Of a DNA stretch of 64,000 nucleotides, positions 38,811 to 51,047 are shown piece by piece. The DNA lies in assembly GCF_018350175.1 (NCBI RefSeq), contig NC_058368.1:27902001-27966000 (forward strand), in the 5' to 3' direction. The stretch comes from Felis catus (Eukaryota). The translations under genes were made by a program, and so were the position numbers. The notes under the pieces were generated by a model that had not been told where the DNA came from, ran no database searches, and was given only the letters and a program-made list of their open reading frames with translations. Every line of letters starts with the position of its first letter. The stretch's first letter is position 1.

Positions 38811-39789
38811 TGGATTTGGCTGCACGCCTTTCCCTGCTTCTGGGCAACATTCGACTGCACAATTTATCTTTTTCCTTTGAAATTTTGTGTCTAATCAAGT
38901 GTCAGCTTCTCAATCTACTACATCTGCATTATATGCAGACATGAGAAAAGAAAGTACATGGAGACAGAGAGGCTGAGTATTAAAGGTCAAGAGATCCACC
39001 AGGGCAATGGGCCATTATATATTTCCCAGATTTGGAGTCAGTCCCCTCACCCACATTGTTCAGAATGAGGAAGAAACAGTTCCTAGATATAGACCTACGG
39101 GCGTGAATTTTACTGTGGTAACCTGTGGAATTGTTCAAGACAGTACTCCTTTCTTAATTTTTGGAGGAGTAAGATATTCTCATTTTGGACCTTGGTTAGA
39201 GGCTGCGTATGATGATAATGAACCTGTGGCACAAGGATCTTGCCCACACTGATGTCATCAGCATAAGCCGCGCGTTTTAACCTGACTCATGACAGCAATC
39301 TTACCCCCTCCCTCTGGAGTAGCATTATTACTACAGACTTCCTTTTTTCCTTCTGAATCCTCCGTCTGAATGCCAGATTATCTGTAAAAATGAATAATTC
39401 CTAGGGAAAATGGAAGAAGAAATACCAAAAGAAAACCACAAATTCAAAATTCTTAAGTATCTAAAGGGAGTATCTCATCAAGATGAGAGTGATGAATTGT
39501 GCAGCTTACAGAAGAAAGAAAGAACTCACCAGACATAGAAAGTCTGCATTTTCTTCAATAATTTAAGTTATTGGAGACTGGGGAATAAACATGGCAGACA
39601 CAGGAGTCTATAAAAGCCTGTGGATACCACAAACCTCTCATTGGATCTGAGAGTTTGGTGATTCTCTACTGAGAGATAAAGAACAATTGAATGCAGAGTT
39701 GACATCGTCAATTGAATCTTCCTTGAATGTTTTCCCAGCGTATGATGAAATGCCTTCCAGGGTATACCACATCTGCTGACTGTTACACA

Positions 39790-40605
39790 CACGGGCTGAT
39801 TCATAGCAGTGTGCATCAGTCCCTGCACCACCAGGAAAACAGAAACAGATCTAGGTGTTTGACAAAGAGCTTAATGTAAGGAATCTGTTTCAAAAGTACT
39901 GGAGGGGCGCCTGGGTGGCTCAGTTGGTTAAGCGTCTGACTTTGGCTCAGGTCATGATCAGGTTCGTGGGTTTGAGCCCCGTGCCCGGCTCTGTGCTGAC
40001 AGCTCAGAGCCTGGGGCCTGCTTCGGATTCTGTGTCTCCCTCTCTCTCTGCCCCTCCCCTATTCACACTCTGTCTCTCTCAAAAATACATTAAAAAAAAA
40101 AAAAGTATTGGAGTGGGTTAGAGGAGCAAAATAAGAAAGGCCCGCTCATGCAATGATAGGCAATTCCACTCCACCACTAACACACCTAGAGCTGGAGGGA
40201 CAAAAGGGAAAATGATTTTCCCCAGAGTCCATAAACACTGTGCCATCCAGGCTGTTTCCGTTGGAACACGGCCTGAGTAGCACCTCAGTACCTGGCACTC
40301 AACCAGTGCCCTTGCTTCCCTGCTCTGTCCCAAATGCTGATGTTACAGTGGCTGTCACCGCCACCACTGCCCCTGCTGCTACTGTCCCTGACATGGTTGC
40401 TGATGCTTCCACGGCCACAGACGTAAGCAGAAACCATGAAAGCAGTTTCTCCTTTCCTCTCACCTTCCATTTTCTGTCCCCCATTGGATGCCAGCTGGTA
40501 AGGGACTCTGCAAAATGCATTTTGCAGTCTTCCCACTGCCATGACAAAGAGAAGGGTATAGAATGGTAAGTGCAAAGCTGGGAGATGTTGACACTAGCCA
40601 ACACG
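39790..40605. mobile_element. Ancient ERVL-type LTR interrupted by a SINE
   Basis: catcagtcc...caggaaaacagaaacagatctaggtgttt...gccaccactgcccctgctgct...cccattgg; subfamily uncertain. Confidence 0.45.
39904..40100 (+). mobile_element. SINEC_Fc
   Basis: ggggcgcctgggtggctcag; TSD aaaagta(c/t)tgga. Confidence 0.94.
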
Positions 40606-42669
40606 TGGGGATACCATCAGCGAAAATCTAAGAGGTACCTCTTGTTTCTGTGATGTCAGGTGGGAGGCTCAAGAACTTAGATGTACAGTCAAATGTTTGC
40701 CTATTACCACTAAGGTTTGTAATTTTTAAAGAAAAAAAATACCTAGCTCTGTACATAGTGTCAAGGAATGAAACAGGAGGTTTGGGTCAGTAATTTAACA
40801 TTTAAGAATGATGAAACCATGCATATCATCAGTTTTGATCAAAGAAATTATTTTTCCAAAGACTAGACTTTTCAAAAAGAATTAAAGTTGACTACAAAAA
40901 AAAAAAAAGAATAAAAACACCTAAAATCTAATTACTATAAGGAATACAGTGTTGACTATTGGTAGAAAATATGCATGCTCTCTCAGAGCTGAAACAGTGG
41001 TAAAACAATGGAATAAGACAGTGGTATATCTATATAACTGTCCTTAGAACATGTGTTTTCATGGAATAATAGAATAATAAAGTGTTTTGACAGAATAGTA
41101 GGGTAAATATGATCTCATGGTCATTACCAAGTGAGGAAGGAAGAAGGACCCATGATTAGAATCCAAGATGAGGTTAATTCAAAGAATCTTAATCAAAGAG
41201 TCCAATCCTAATCCTAATTCAAAGAATCCAGTCTTCTAGAACAAGAGGCAAAGCTTAACTCTATTTCATTGAGATAGGTATTTCCCTGGAAAAGCATGAA
41301 CCCAAGGGGAAATTATCCGCTCATATCTTTCTGCTTTTGCTCCTTTCCATCATTTCCAGGATCCTCTTAGCTGCAGAGCTCTCCAGGGAAATAGTTATGC
41401 TAGGCACAGATATCCTCCTTGTGCTACCCCAAGCCCTCAGAGGGCCTCAGTGCACCATCATGAAATGAAGGGACTGTCCCTGTCCCCATTCAGAGCTGCC
41501 GTATATCACCTGGACTTTTGGATGTCTCTACACAAGAGTCTTACACAGACTTTGTTAGACTCTCTTTCTCGTAGGACTACATAGCCTGTTGGGTGTAATC
41601 TTGCTTGGTGGGGGTTGGAATGGGTGTCAATTATTCCTCTACTATCTTGTTTTTCTTCCCTCTGATCTCTTCGCAGAAAATTCCCACTTCTCCAAAACTC
41701 CAAACCAAAGCTCTCACACATACCAACACCTTAGGGGGCACTGGTCTCAAAAACTAGAAACCTTAAAAGTCCCAGTTTGGTCTATAAAAGCCACTTTCAA
41801 TGAGTAATAACTACTTTGAACACTTAAATGCAGTGATTATCAGGAAATGAAAAGCTGGATATGGTCATATATGTGCTAAGGACTTTGGGAAAACAGATTC
41901 AAAAAGTACTGAAAAAATCTAAAATAGAATATAACTCAAGAACAAAATGGTCTGTGGATTTAATTTTGACTCTATAATCCCAAATAAATGCTATGGAACG
42001 AAGAGGTATGATGTCAAAAGAAACTAGAACAGGTGTCCTGGGAGCTTGTAGATAATTCTAGATTCCAGACCTTGATTTTTTTTTTTAATTGTAAGAATTT
42101 GCAAGAAACTCTCTTTCATTAGGGACTAGCAATGGTCCTCTAAAAATAGACCTTATGACATAGTTATTAAGCAGGAGAACCAGGATTCAAACCCATGGTT
42201 ACCTGCGGTCTATGGTTTCTCCCCTTGGCCTTTGGAAATAAAAGGGAATTTGAGCAACACACGCATTGCTATAATAGGAAACTCTCTCTCCTTGGGTGTG
42301 TTCTGTTCCCATCTGCAGTATTGCTTTGTTGAATAAGGGGAGGCTTCAGATTCACAAAGTCTTATGGTCATAATTCTGGAGCAGGTTATTAGTCTTAGGA
42401 TACCAAGTCATCCATCTTCTAATCTAGTCTCCTGGGAAGGTTTCACACAAGCAGGCCATTCCCATCAGTTCTCAAACCTGCCTAGGCGTTTCTGCATTCA
42501 CAGCATTGAGGGGTTTAAAGCTTAGGTCCTTGTCCGTGAAAACACTTCCCAGATGTATTCTAATTTTCTAAAAAGTGGGCTGAATAAAAATACCATCTAC
42601 TGCTCGGCAACAGATTGGCAAAACAACTTTATAAACATTTAAAAGATCAGTACTGACAGCTATGTTTTC

Positions 42670-43650
42670 AAGCAATGTCATTTCCTTTTGTTGTTGTTCT
42701 TGTTAACAGGGAGACGGTTCTGGGACTCTTAGATGTTGTAGACCTGGTATTTCTGCCGTTGACAAGGTGCCTTGTGCAACCCTCATGGACAGATAAGTAC
42801 AATTTGAAACTTGTTAAAAATTTTATACTCAAGTGTGCTAATTAATGAGTTCATGACAATCTGGATGGGTTTTTGGTGGCACGCTCTGATCTGTTCCACA
42901 GTTTCACCAGCTTATTAAGTTCTCAGATGACGAAGATCTAGTTTCCAGATGATAGAGATCTAGGTGGGATGGAAAACATGGCAGATGGCAGATGACGAAA
43001 AGATCTCGACAAGTTAAAGTGATGGACTGCATCTAATAGGACAAAATGCAGTAGTAATAAAAACAATATTCTGCATCAGAGTTTCATTTCTAATTGGACA
43101 AATACAGAAAGAAAATGTGATGCTTAGTAGCAGTTCAGGCACAGGGAAAGGCAATGCATCATGAGTTAATGAGGCCGCTGGAGGGATTCATGAGTGTGTA
43201 TCAACAGAAGTGTAGTATCTAAAACAAGGCAGAGACTGGGACTGCCCTGGTGTGCTCTTTGTGCTTCAGTGTGTGCAGACAAGGGACATAGGCAAACTGG
43301 GCCGTGTGGCTAAACTAGAGGTGCTTCGTCATAGGGTAAGCTGACACATGCATTAAGAGCTATCGAATCTGGAAAAGGCCTATGGCAGAAGGGGGCGGGG
43401 TGGGCAATAATGCGTCACAAAGTATTTGAAGAGATCACGCGTTTGAGATTAGACTTACTTTGTATATCCCCCAAAAAGAAAAAAATTAGGATCCATAACT
43501 AGAAGCCTGCCAGGATATAAATTTCTGGTGTAAGAAACCACCTCAAGAGAGAATGAGCTCCCCATCCCAGATGTCTTAAAAATAAACTCCCTTGATGAAA
43601 ACGCTGTAAAAGGTATTTACACATTATACTGGGTCGCTGACACTGTAATT
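42670..43650 (+). mobile_element. L3/CR1 LINE ORF2-3' fragment
   Basis: tcatttcctttt...tagatgttgtagacctggtatttc...gttgacaaggtgcc...ttaagttctcagatgac (ADD-like)...gcatctaataggacaaaatgc...aagtatttgaag. Confidence 0.6.
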
Positions 43651-43789
43651 CTATAATTCCAAAGGCCTATATATGAGTCAGAACATCCCAGCTCCCCCAT
43701 TGCCTGCCTGGCCCTTCCTGATACAGTCCATCCTTCTTTCCATAAGCTTCAACGTTCTGTGCTTTGAGTGAAGCCCCAAATTTGGCCAG

Positions 43790-44010
43790 TTCTTCTGTAA
43801 CTGTGGCTCACTGTGTACCATTCCAGGCACCTTTGTAACATTAACCCATGTAAGCCTCATAACGTACTGTGAGGCATTCACGATGACTAGCTCCATTTGG
43901 CTTCTGAGGAAATGGAGCGGAAGAGAGGTTACGTAACCTGCCCATGCTCCCACGGCCAGGAAGTGGCAGGACTGGCACCTGAGCTCAGGCGTGTATCTCT
44001 CCTTCTTAGA
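43790..44010 (-). mobile_element. MIR
   Basis: ccaggcac...gaggaaatggagc..agagaggttacgtaacctgccca..ggaagtggcagg. Confidence 0.7.
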
Positions 44011-45550
44011 GACCTGGGCTACCCACAGCGAATCTCCTCTGGGCAGAAGCGCCCTGAGAGGTAATCTTTGGCTTGGAATTGACACACTCTAGTTCTGAGA
44101 CGTTCCAAGTCCAAAGTCAATGGGGCAGGAAGGGATACTCTTCTCTAGGAGGTCATGGGAAGGAGCGAATGTTTACTTAAAGGTAATTTGATCTTCCATG
44201 AAAGGACTGGATTTAGGCCAACTCCTAGCCCGGGGGCAGGGCTGACTTTCCCAGATGCTAAAGGATATTTATCCAATGTCAGCTGTGGAAGGCTGTTATC
44301 CAGGAAGAAAGAGTGAATGGCTTTTAAATGGGTAAGAAACAGTGTCAACAGTGTCTGCCTTGATCTGAAAGGGATTTTTGTAGTTCTATCCACATCTTAA
44401 ACTATTAGGCAAAAGATGTAGTGTGTCTAAGTAGATAATTATCTTTTTCTGTTTCATACCTCCAGGGACAGGGACAAAGATGAGGAAAGGAACTACCATT
44501 TATTATATGTCTAATAAATGCCACAAACTGTGCTAGGAATGTAATAATAATAATAACATATGATTATTATAATTTTATAGTTGTATGGATAATAATAAAG
44601 ATAATTGTTACTATTATTATTTTATAGTTGTATGGAGGAAAAAAATTGAGGCTTTGGGAAGTTACTTGACAATTTATATTATCATACAAGGGGGACCCAA
44701 GATTTACACCCAGGTTTGCCTGACACTAGGGCTTTATTCTTTCTATTGTACTATGTTGCCTTTACCACACTTTGTTCTATTTATTTAAGAGCTATTTCTA
44801 GAACATTCTATGCGGAGTCTCCTAGAAGAAAATCATCCTCAAACAGGATAGTTCTTTATATGTATGAAATCAATCATTGTCTGAGTCATTGCCTCTCCAG
44901 GTTAAAAATAGTTCCTTTAGCAATTCCTTTTATTATATGTGTAAGCTTCTGGTAGTTCCATTTTTCAGAAGGTCCCCAGGTAGTCCGATGTGGAAGAAGA
45001 ACTCTTAACCAAAACAATCAGGACTAATAGCTGGCTCATTACTCTTGTCATAAGCCTATGTAATATTTAATTAAAGCATGCCATTCCAATAACAAGAGCA
45101 ATAACATAAACAGGTTTGGGAACGTACCCACATTGGTAAGTACACAGTACAACTGGGAGTGCCATTAGAAAATCAGGGGATGCTACAAAAATATGATCAG
45201 AGATCTTCCACAAAAATGTGTTTCTTGGAATCTCTGTTAATGACTGTGGAAAATTCCTTGCAGCCCAGATCGCAGGTGTAGTAGACTGAAATCCATTTTG
45301 TGGAGAATTCCCCATCAGGCTTGTTACCGTTTCCCTTCTTTCCCACTTTTGCTGGGTCTTCTGCCTTTGTATCTTTTGTTTTGGTCCTTTAACCCTTTAT
45401 CAGTTACGCGATATGCAGTATGAACCCCAGAGAAGAGAAGCTGCATGCAACACAGCCTTCCCCCCGCCACCTCGCAGGTAATGAGAGAGGGCTTTCCATC
45501 CTGTCTTCTCTTTCTTGTGTTACCGCCTTCAAATCTAGTGATCCAGTTCT

Positions 45551-45768
45551 TTTTTTTTTTTTTTCCAACGTTTATTTATTTTTGGGACAGAGAGAGACAG
45601 AGCATGAATGGGGGAGGGGCAGAGAGAGAGGGAGACACAGAATCCGAAACAGGCTCCAGGCTCCGAGCCATCAGCCCAGAGCCTGATGCGGGGCTCGAAC
45701 TCCCCGACCGCGAGATCGTGACCTGGCTGAAGTCGGACGCTTAACCGACTGCACCACCCAGGCGCCCC
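45551..45768 (-). mobile_element. Young SINEC_Fc
   Basis: Many intact CpGs, clean T tail, perfect TSD tagtgatccagttct at 45536-45550 and 45769-45783. Confidence 0.97.
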
Positions 45769-46079
45769 TAGTGATCCAGTTCTAAACACCTCACCTGGTG
45801 AAGCCGATGTGTCATCTTATAGCTGTTGCTCCTCCTTCTTTCCAGCACCCCTCCTCAATCGTGGACACAGCTCTCAAAACTCTAGCCCGCCTCTCCTGGT
45901 GTTGGAGATTGGACTTTGTGGCCATCATCTACAGCCCTTTCGAAACCCCACGGCTAATATTGTCATCTGCGGTGTGGCGGCTTGTTCATGGTTGTGAGCT
46001 GCGCTCCCTGATTATTTTGAGCTCAAATTAGGGACAGTAAAACCCTGAGGTTAAAATCTCAGATGCTTTTAGCAGAAAA

Positions 46080-46510
46080 ACCTGAGTTTTGCAGGATGAT
46101 TCTATAATATTCTGCCTGTGTAACTTTGGACAGGTTTCTCAACCTCTCAAAACTTTGGCTTCCTCATCTGGAGGAAGGCTATTTGAGCAGTTCCTGTATA
46201 CTTAAGGGTTGCTCTGAGCATGAAATGAGCCAATAATGCTTGAGATGCAGCAAGCGCTCGATCCACGGGAAACTTGCGTGTTGCCTCTGTGTCATGCGTG
46301 AGTCTAAGAAGTTTACATATATTATCTTGTTTAATCCTCACATAAGCCCCACAAGCTAAGTACTATTAAGTCCTATTTGATAGACGAGAAATCTGAGGCA
46401 CAAAGAGTCTTAACAGCTCAGTCGTTTATACAAGCTATTAAGTGAAAGTGCCAGGATCTAAACTCAGGTGGGCTGGTTCCAGACTGTGCCCGGCTGACCA
46501 CTATGCCATG
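46080..46510. mobile_element. Two MIRs (tail-to-tail)
   Basis: ctgtgtaactttggacagg...cttcctcatctg; then tttaatcctcac...gagaaatctgaggcaca...actcagg. Confidence 0.7.
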
Positions 46511-46830
46511 CTGCCTCTGCACTGGTGGCTCTTACTGTCTACATTACTGCTTATACCTGCATCACCTCGACAGAGGGAGGAATGGGAAAAGACTGACCCT
46601 TCCTTTTTTGCATGAGGTCATCCTTCCTGCTTTCTTCTACCACCAACGTACGCTCCCTTTTATGCTTCCTGTACAGAAAATCCATTTGTAGCCTCTTCCC
46701 TCTGCCTTGCCACTTGGGCCCAGCACCCTTCTTCATCTTCACCACACTAGGACACCTGATAAGGCAGAAATTCACAAGTTTCTAGGTCATAGCTAGTTAG
46801 AGCCAGTCTCCATGTGCTTTCCTTAAAAAA

Positions 46831-47060
46831 ATATATATATATCTATTATAATATATTATATTATAATAGATATTACATATTATATATTATATATATTATG
46901 TATTATATATAAATAAATATATATAATATATCAATATATTTAAATATATATAATATATAAATACATTTATATATTTATATATTATATATATTATATATTA
47001 TAATACATATTATATATTATATTATATATTATATATAATATATTATATATTATATATATA
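46831..47060. repeat. AT-rich (TA/TTA/TAA) low-complexity tract, expanded L1 tail
   Basis: About 230 bp of almost pure A/T. Confidence 0.95.
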
Positions 47061-47858
47061 TTTATTTAAATTCAAGTTAGTTAACAAACAGTGTAGTATT
47101 GGTTTCAGGAGCAGAGCCCAGTGATTCATCACTCACATATAACACCCAGTGCTCCTCCCAGCAGTGTCCTCCTTAATGCCCATCACCCATTTAGCCCATC
47201 CTGTCACCCAACACCCCTCCAGCAAGCCTCAGTTTGTTCTCTATATTTAAGAGACTTATGGTTGCCTCCCTCTCTGTTTTTATCTTATTTTTCCTTCCCT
47301 TCCCCTGTGTTCATCTGTGTTTCTTAAATTCCACATGAGTGAAATCATATGATATCTGTCTTTCTCTGACTGACTTATTTCACTTAGCATAAAACCCTCT
47401 AGTTACATCCACGTTGCTGCAAATGGCCAGATTTCATTCTTTCTCATTGCCAAGTAGTATTCCATTGTATATATAAACCACATCTTCTTTATCCATTCAT
47501 CAGTTGATGGCCATTTAGGCTCTTTCCATCATTTGGCTCTTGTTGAAAGTGCTGCTATAAACATTGGGGTACAAGTGCCCCTTTGCATCAGCACTCCTGT
47601 ATCCCTTGGGTAAATTCCTAGCAGTGCTATCGCTGGGTCGTAGGGTAGCTCTATTTTTAATTTTTTGAGGAACCTCCACACTGTTTTCCAGAGTGGCTGC
47701 TCCCGTGTGCATTCCCACCAACAGTGCAAAAGTGTTCCCCTTTCTCTGCATCCCCACCAACATCTGTTGTTTCCTGAGTTGTTAATTTTAGCTATTCTGA
47801 TAGGTGTGAGGTGGTATCTCATTGTGATTTTGATTTGTATTTCCCTGATTGACGAGTG
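47061..47858 (-). mobile_element. Carnivore L1 3' ~0.8 kb including ORF2 C-terminus
   Basis: ORF 47529..47822 ([13 protein letters not shown]...[37 protein letters not shown]) is the L1 ORF2 Cys-rich C-terminus; possible TSD gtgcttt at 46814-46820 and 47859-47865. Confidence 0.95.
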
Positions 47859-47899
47859 GTGCTTTAAACCTCCCCTATAACTCTAACTGGGCTCTTATG

Positions 47900-49198
47900 G
47901 ACTACCTTGGTTTGTCAATGGCCTTTCAAAACATTTCTCTCGAACCAGACACCATGTAAGTGACCAGAGCCAACCCTGATGAGCCTACTTACTTCCTATG
48001 ATCTAGATGTTGTACTCCTCTTTAAACTTCCCTAGAGAGTGTTGATACCCTTAGAAGCCACATCTGGGTTAGCATGTGGCATCATATTAAATTTATAATC
48101 AACTATCAAAGATAACTTTCCAAGGATGGTCATCCTCTTCCTATAATAATAAAATTGATAGTTTGTTATTTTTAACCCTAATAAATCTTAGTAATTTTAC
48201 ACTTGCATTCAATCCTGTCAAAGTAATTTTGACTTTGCATTAGGTTGTCTTTTATAGTAGTTACTGCCAAATGTTTCCATAATCTGCAAATCATGTGTCC
48301 GTGATGTTGGTTCTTAGCAAAATCTAGACTTTAATAGCAAACACCTAATTTATGAGCATTTACAAAATAAGACAGTGGTCACTCAGAGCCAGTGAGTGAT
48401 CACCAGGACCAGGTCATGTTGTGCTAACCTCATTTCCTTTTGGTTAGGGTCGTTACTTAATTAGAGCAAAGCCATACACAAATTGTGTTGTGACTTCCAC
48501 AAAGTCCTTGACAAAATCTCGGATTATGTTGCTATGAATAAGAAAGTGAGCTGTGATCTTTAGGTTGGTACATGCTAGGGGAATTCATAGTTCAATGAAC
48601 TACTGAGTCCAAGAATCCAAAAAATACTTAGGAATGACTTTAGGTCAATCAGCCCAGATGATTTCTCTATAGTAGCATGTAACAACTTAGTGCTGGGCCT
48701 TGTTTTACTCAACTTAGGTATGGAAAATGTGCGCCATACTATGCATGTATGATGTGTAGTCCATTCTTATTCCCATTTGAAAATTAGGATACTTCTAAAA
48801 TTTCTCCTACATTTTCTGTTGTCCAAGAGTGCCTGTAGTGTTTCTGAAGTTGATCAAAAGTGTCTTTAGTGCCTGGAACACCAGACAGCTGGGTCTGGCG
48901 TTGTGAGCACATACAAAGTGCATGTTCTGAATTGTAATTCCCTCTTCATATCATTGGCTCAGTCCTACCGGTCAAGTTTTAATTTTCTTTTTCTTATTGG
49001 GCAAGACAGAAGCAAAATTGGAGTTGGAGTAATTTTGCTGTCATCTGTTGAATTGTACTCAACATTCCCTAACCCTCTGTGTGCTCATCTTGTTCTTATT
49101 CTTGCCTCTTATTGCTTCTTTTTTTTAAAAAAAAATTTTTTTTAGAGAGTACGCAAGCAGGGGAGAGGAGCAAAAGGAGAGGGAGGGAAGTAGGTGGG

Positions 49199-49256
<58 letters not shown>

Positions 49257-49480
49257 ATGAATCCCAAGCAGGCTCCACTCTCAATGCAGAGCCTTATGTG
49301 GGGCTCGATCCCACAACCCTAGCATCATGACCTGAACCAAAATCAAGAGTAGGACACTCAACCAACCGAGCCACACCGGTGCCCTGCCTCTTATTGTTTA
49401 AAAATCACTTTCTGTTGTTCTGACACTTTTTTCGAGTTTTAGCTCATCCTAGAATTTTGCCTGTCTGGCACCATTTTTAC
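47900..49480 (-). mobile_element. L3/CR1 fragment, with an internal plus-oriented segment at about 48340-48715
   Basis: Antisense-like motifs ttttaacccta...cctgtcaaagt...atctgcaaat and ttcccatttgaaaattagga; sense motifs gtggtcactcagagccag...gctaacctcatttcctttt...ttgacaaaatctc...gggccttgttttactcaac. Confidence 0.6.
49115..49384 (-). mobile_element. Can-SINE with long (GA)n
   Basis: TSD tgcctcttattg at 49103-49114 and 49385-49396. Confidence 0.92.
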
Positions 49481-50592
49481 AGGTCTGGGATATTTATTTA
49501 ACAAATTTATAAAGCAAACATCTAATGGAGCAAGAAAGACGATAAGCTTCATAAACAGGTGAATTATGTCATGGGTTATAAGATGAGCATAGTGGAAAAT
49601 GCAAAGGAAAGCAGAGATGCGGAATTCTGGGTTGGGGGATGAGTTGCAATTGTAAACAAATTGGCCAAGGTCGCTCAGTGAACCGACATCCTTTAAGCAA
49701 AGACTTGAAGGAGGTGAGCAGTCAGTTAACCTTTGTGATGGAAATTAATTAAATGCTTCTTTCTCCCTTGCTTACACAAAGGCTCCTATGTTCTGAATCA
49801 GTTGTAGAAAAGGAGCATTACGTTTATTACCCCTCCAATTTTCCATGAACGCTTCCCCCCACCTCTCTCACCTTCTTTCAGTCAGGGACTAAGATCGACA
49901 GACTAATGCTACGTCCAATTCTTCATTTCAGCTGTCAACGAATGCTTTCTTGACACGTAGTAAACACTTAGTAAATATTTATTAAGTGAATGAATAAAGA
50001 GTAAAAGCCACTCGCTAATTATAAAAGGTGGCAACTAAGAGCTAATTTTGAAGCCTCTAGGAATATATTCCCTTGAATGGGATCCTCTGAAGATGCAAGG
50101 TAGGTGGTGGATTTGTAGTTTGGGGCTGGAGGCCTTTCTATGCAGTTCCTTGAGGAATGCCTCTAGTGACGTGGGCGTAGAAGCTCGCTCCACAAGCTTC
50201 CCGTGAACTTGGGAACTGTACACTCAGACATTGATCCTGTGAGAATAGGAAGTGGGAAAATCACCCACAAGGTATTTTTCCATTTAGTTTTTAATCTTCT
50301 GAGTGAGCTTTGCTGCGACTCACCACAAGACAAACATCCAGCAGTGTTTTTCCCAGGGTCCCACATCTTGGGCGGGCTGAATGCAAAAGGCACTTGCCAG
50401 AAGTCCCCGCACTGGATGTGCTGTTTGTAAGGAAAGAAAACAGGAATTCACAAACCAAGGAGTTCTGAAACACTGTGTAGGAAAACGGTCTGGGATAGAA
50501 CTTTTTCTTTGGTTTGAAATATGCAAACTATGGAAATCTAATGCATCCCGTATTCTACGAACATAGATAATGAGTGAAAGAAACTTAAAAGA

Positions 50593-50730
50593 TGGGTAAC
50601 CATCTAACTTATTGTCCCAACTGGGACACTTTGGGGAGTGAAAGGGTCTCTGTTAATCGCTACACTTGGAAAACAGGCATAAGCCAAGGTTTGACTTTCT
50701 TAGGCAAACCAGAATATGTGGTAATGCTAC
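50593..50730. mobile_element. MER94-like hAT-Blackjack MITE
   Basis: gggtaaccatctaacttattgtcccaactgggacacttt...gtgaaaggg...atatgtggtaa. Confidence 0.7.
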
Positions 50731-50892
50731 GTAGAAGAAAAGTGCTGTGAAAGAGAATGTACAGAGAAGTGTAGGTAAAATGTGATACTTCTCCCCCTGT
50801 TGCTCATTTTACCTTTGACATTGCCATCCCTATCATAGAGTCACCAAATCATAGGATTTTGGGGCACAAATTGTGCTTACAGATCATACACC

Positions 50893-51047
50893 CTTCTACT
50901 CAAAAGATGGTCCATGGCTAGCAGCCTTGGCATCATCTGGAAGAAATACAAATCTCAGGCCCCACTCCAGACCTATTGAATCAGAATCTGTGTTCTCATA
51001 CGATCCTCAGGTGATTTGTGTGAGTGTTAAAATTTGAGAAGCACTGA
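50893..51047. mobile_element. MER5-type MITE
   Basis: ctactcaaa...tctcaggccccactccagacctattgaatcagaatctg...tttgagaagcactg. Confidence 0.85.

Noticed and set aside
39530..39577. Possible 48-nt exon (cccag| ... CTG|gtgagt) upstream of the promoter
   Set aside because: Short, with a weak pyrimidine tract; not distinguishable from a chance pseudo-exon.
40240..40604. Ala/Thr/Val-rich ORFs on both strands
   Set aside because: Low-complexity gcc/act/gct tract inside an ancient LTR-like element.
47515..47822. Protein-like ORFs with HCWWEC motif
   Set aside because: L1 ORF2 C-terminus in a 5'-truncated, non-autonomous copy.
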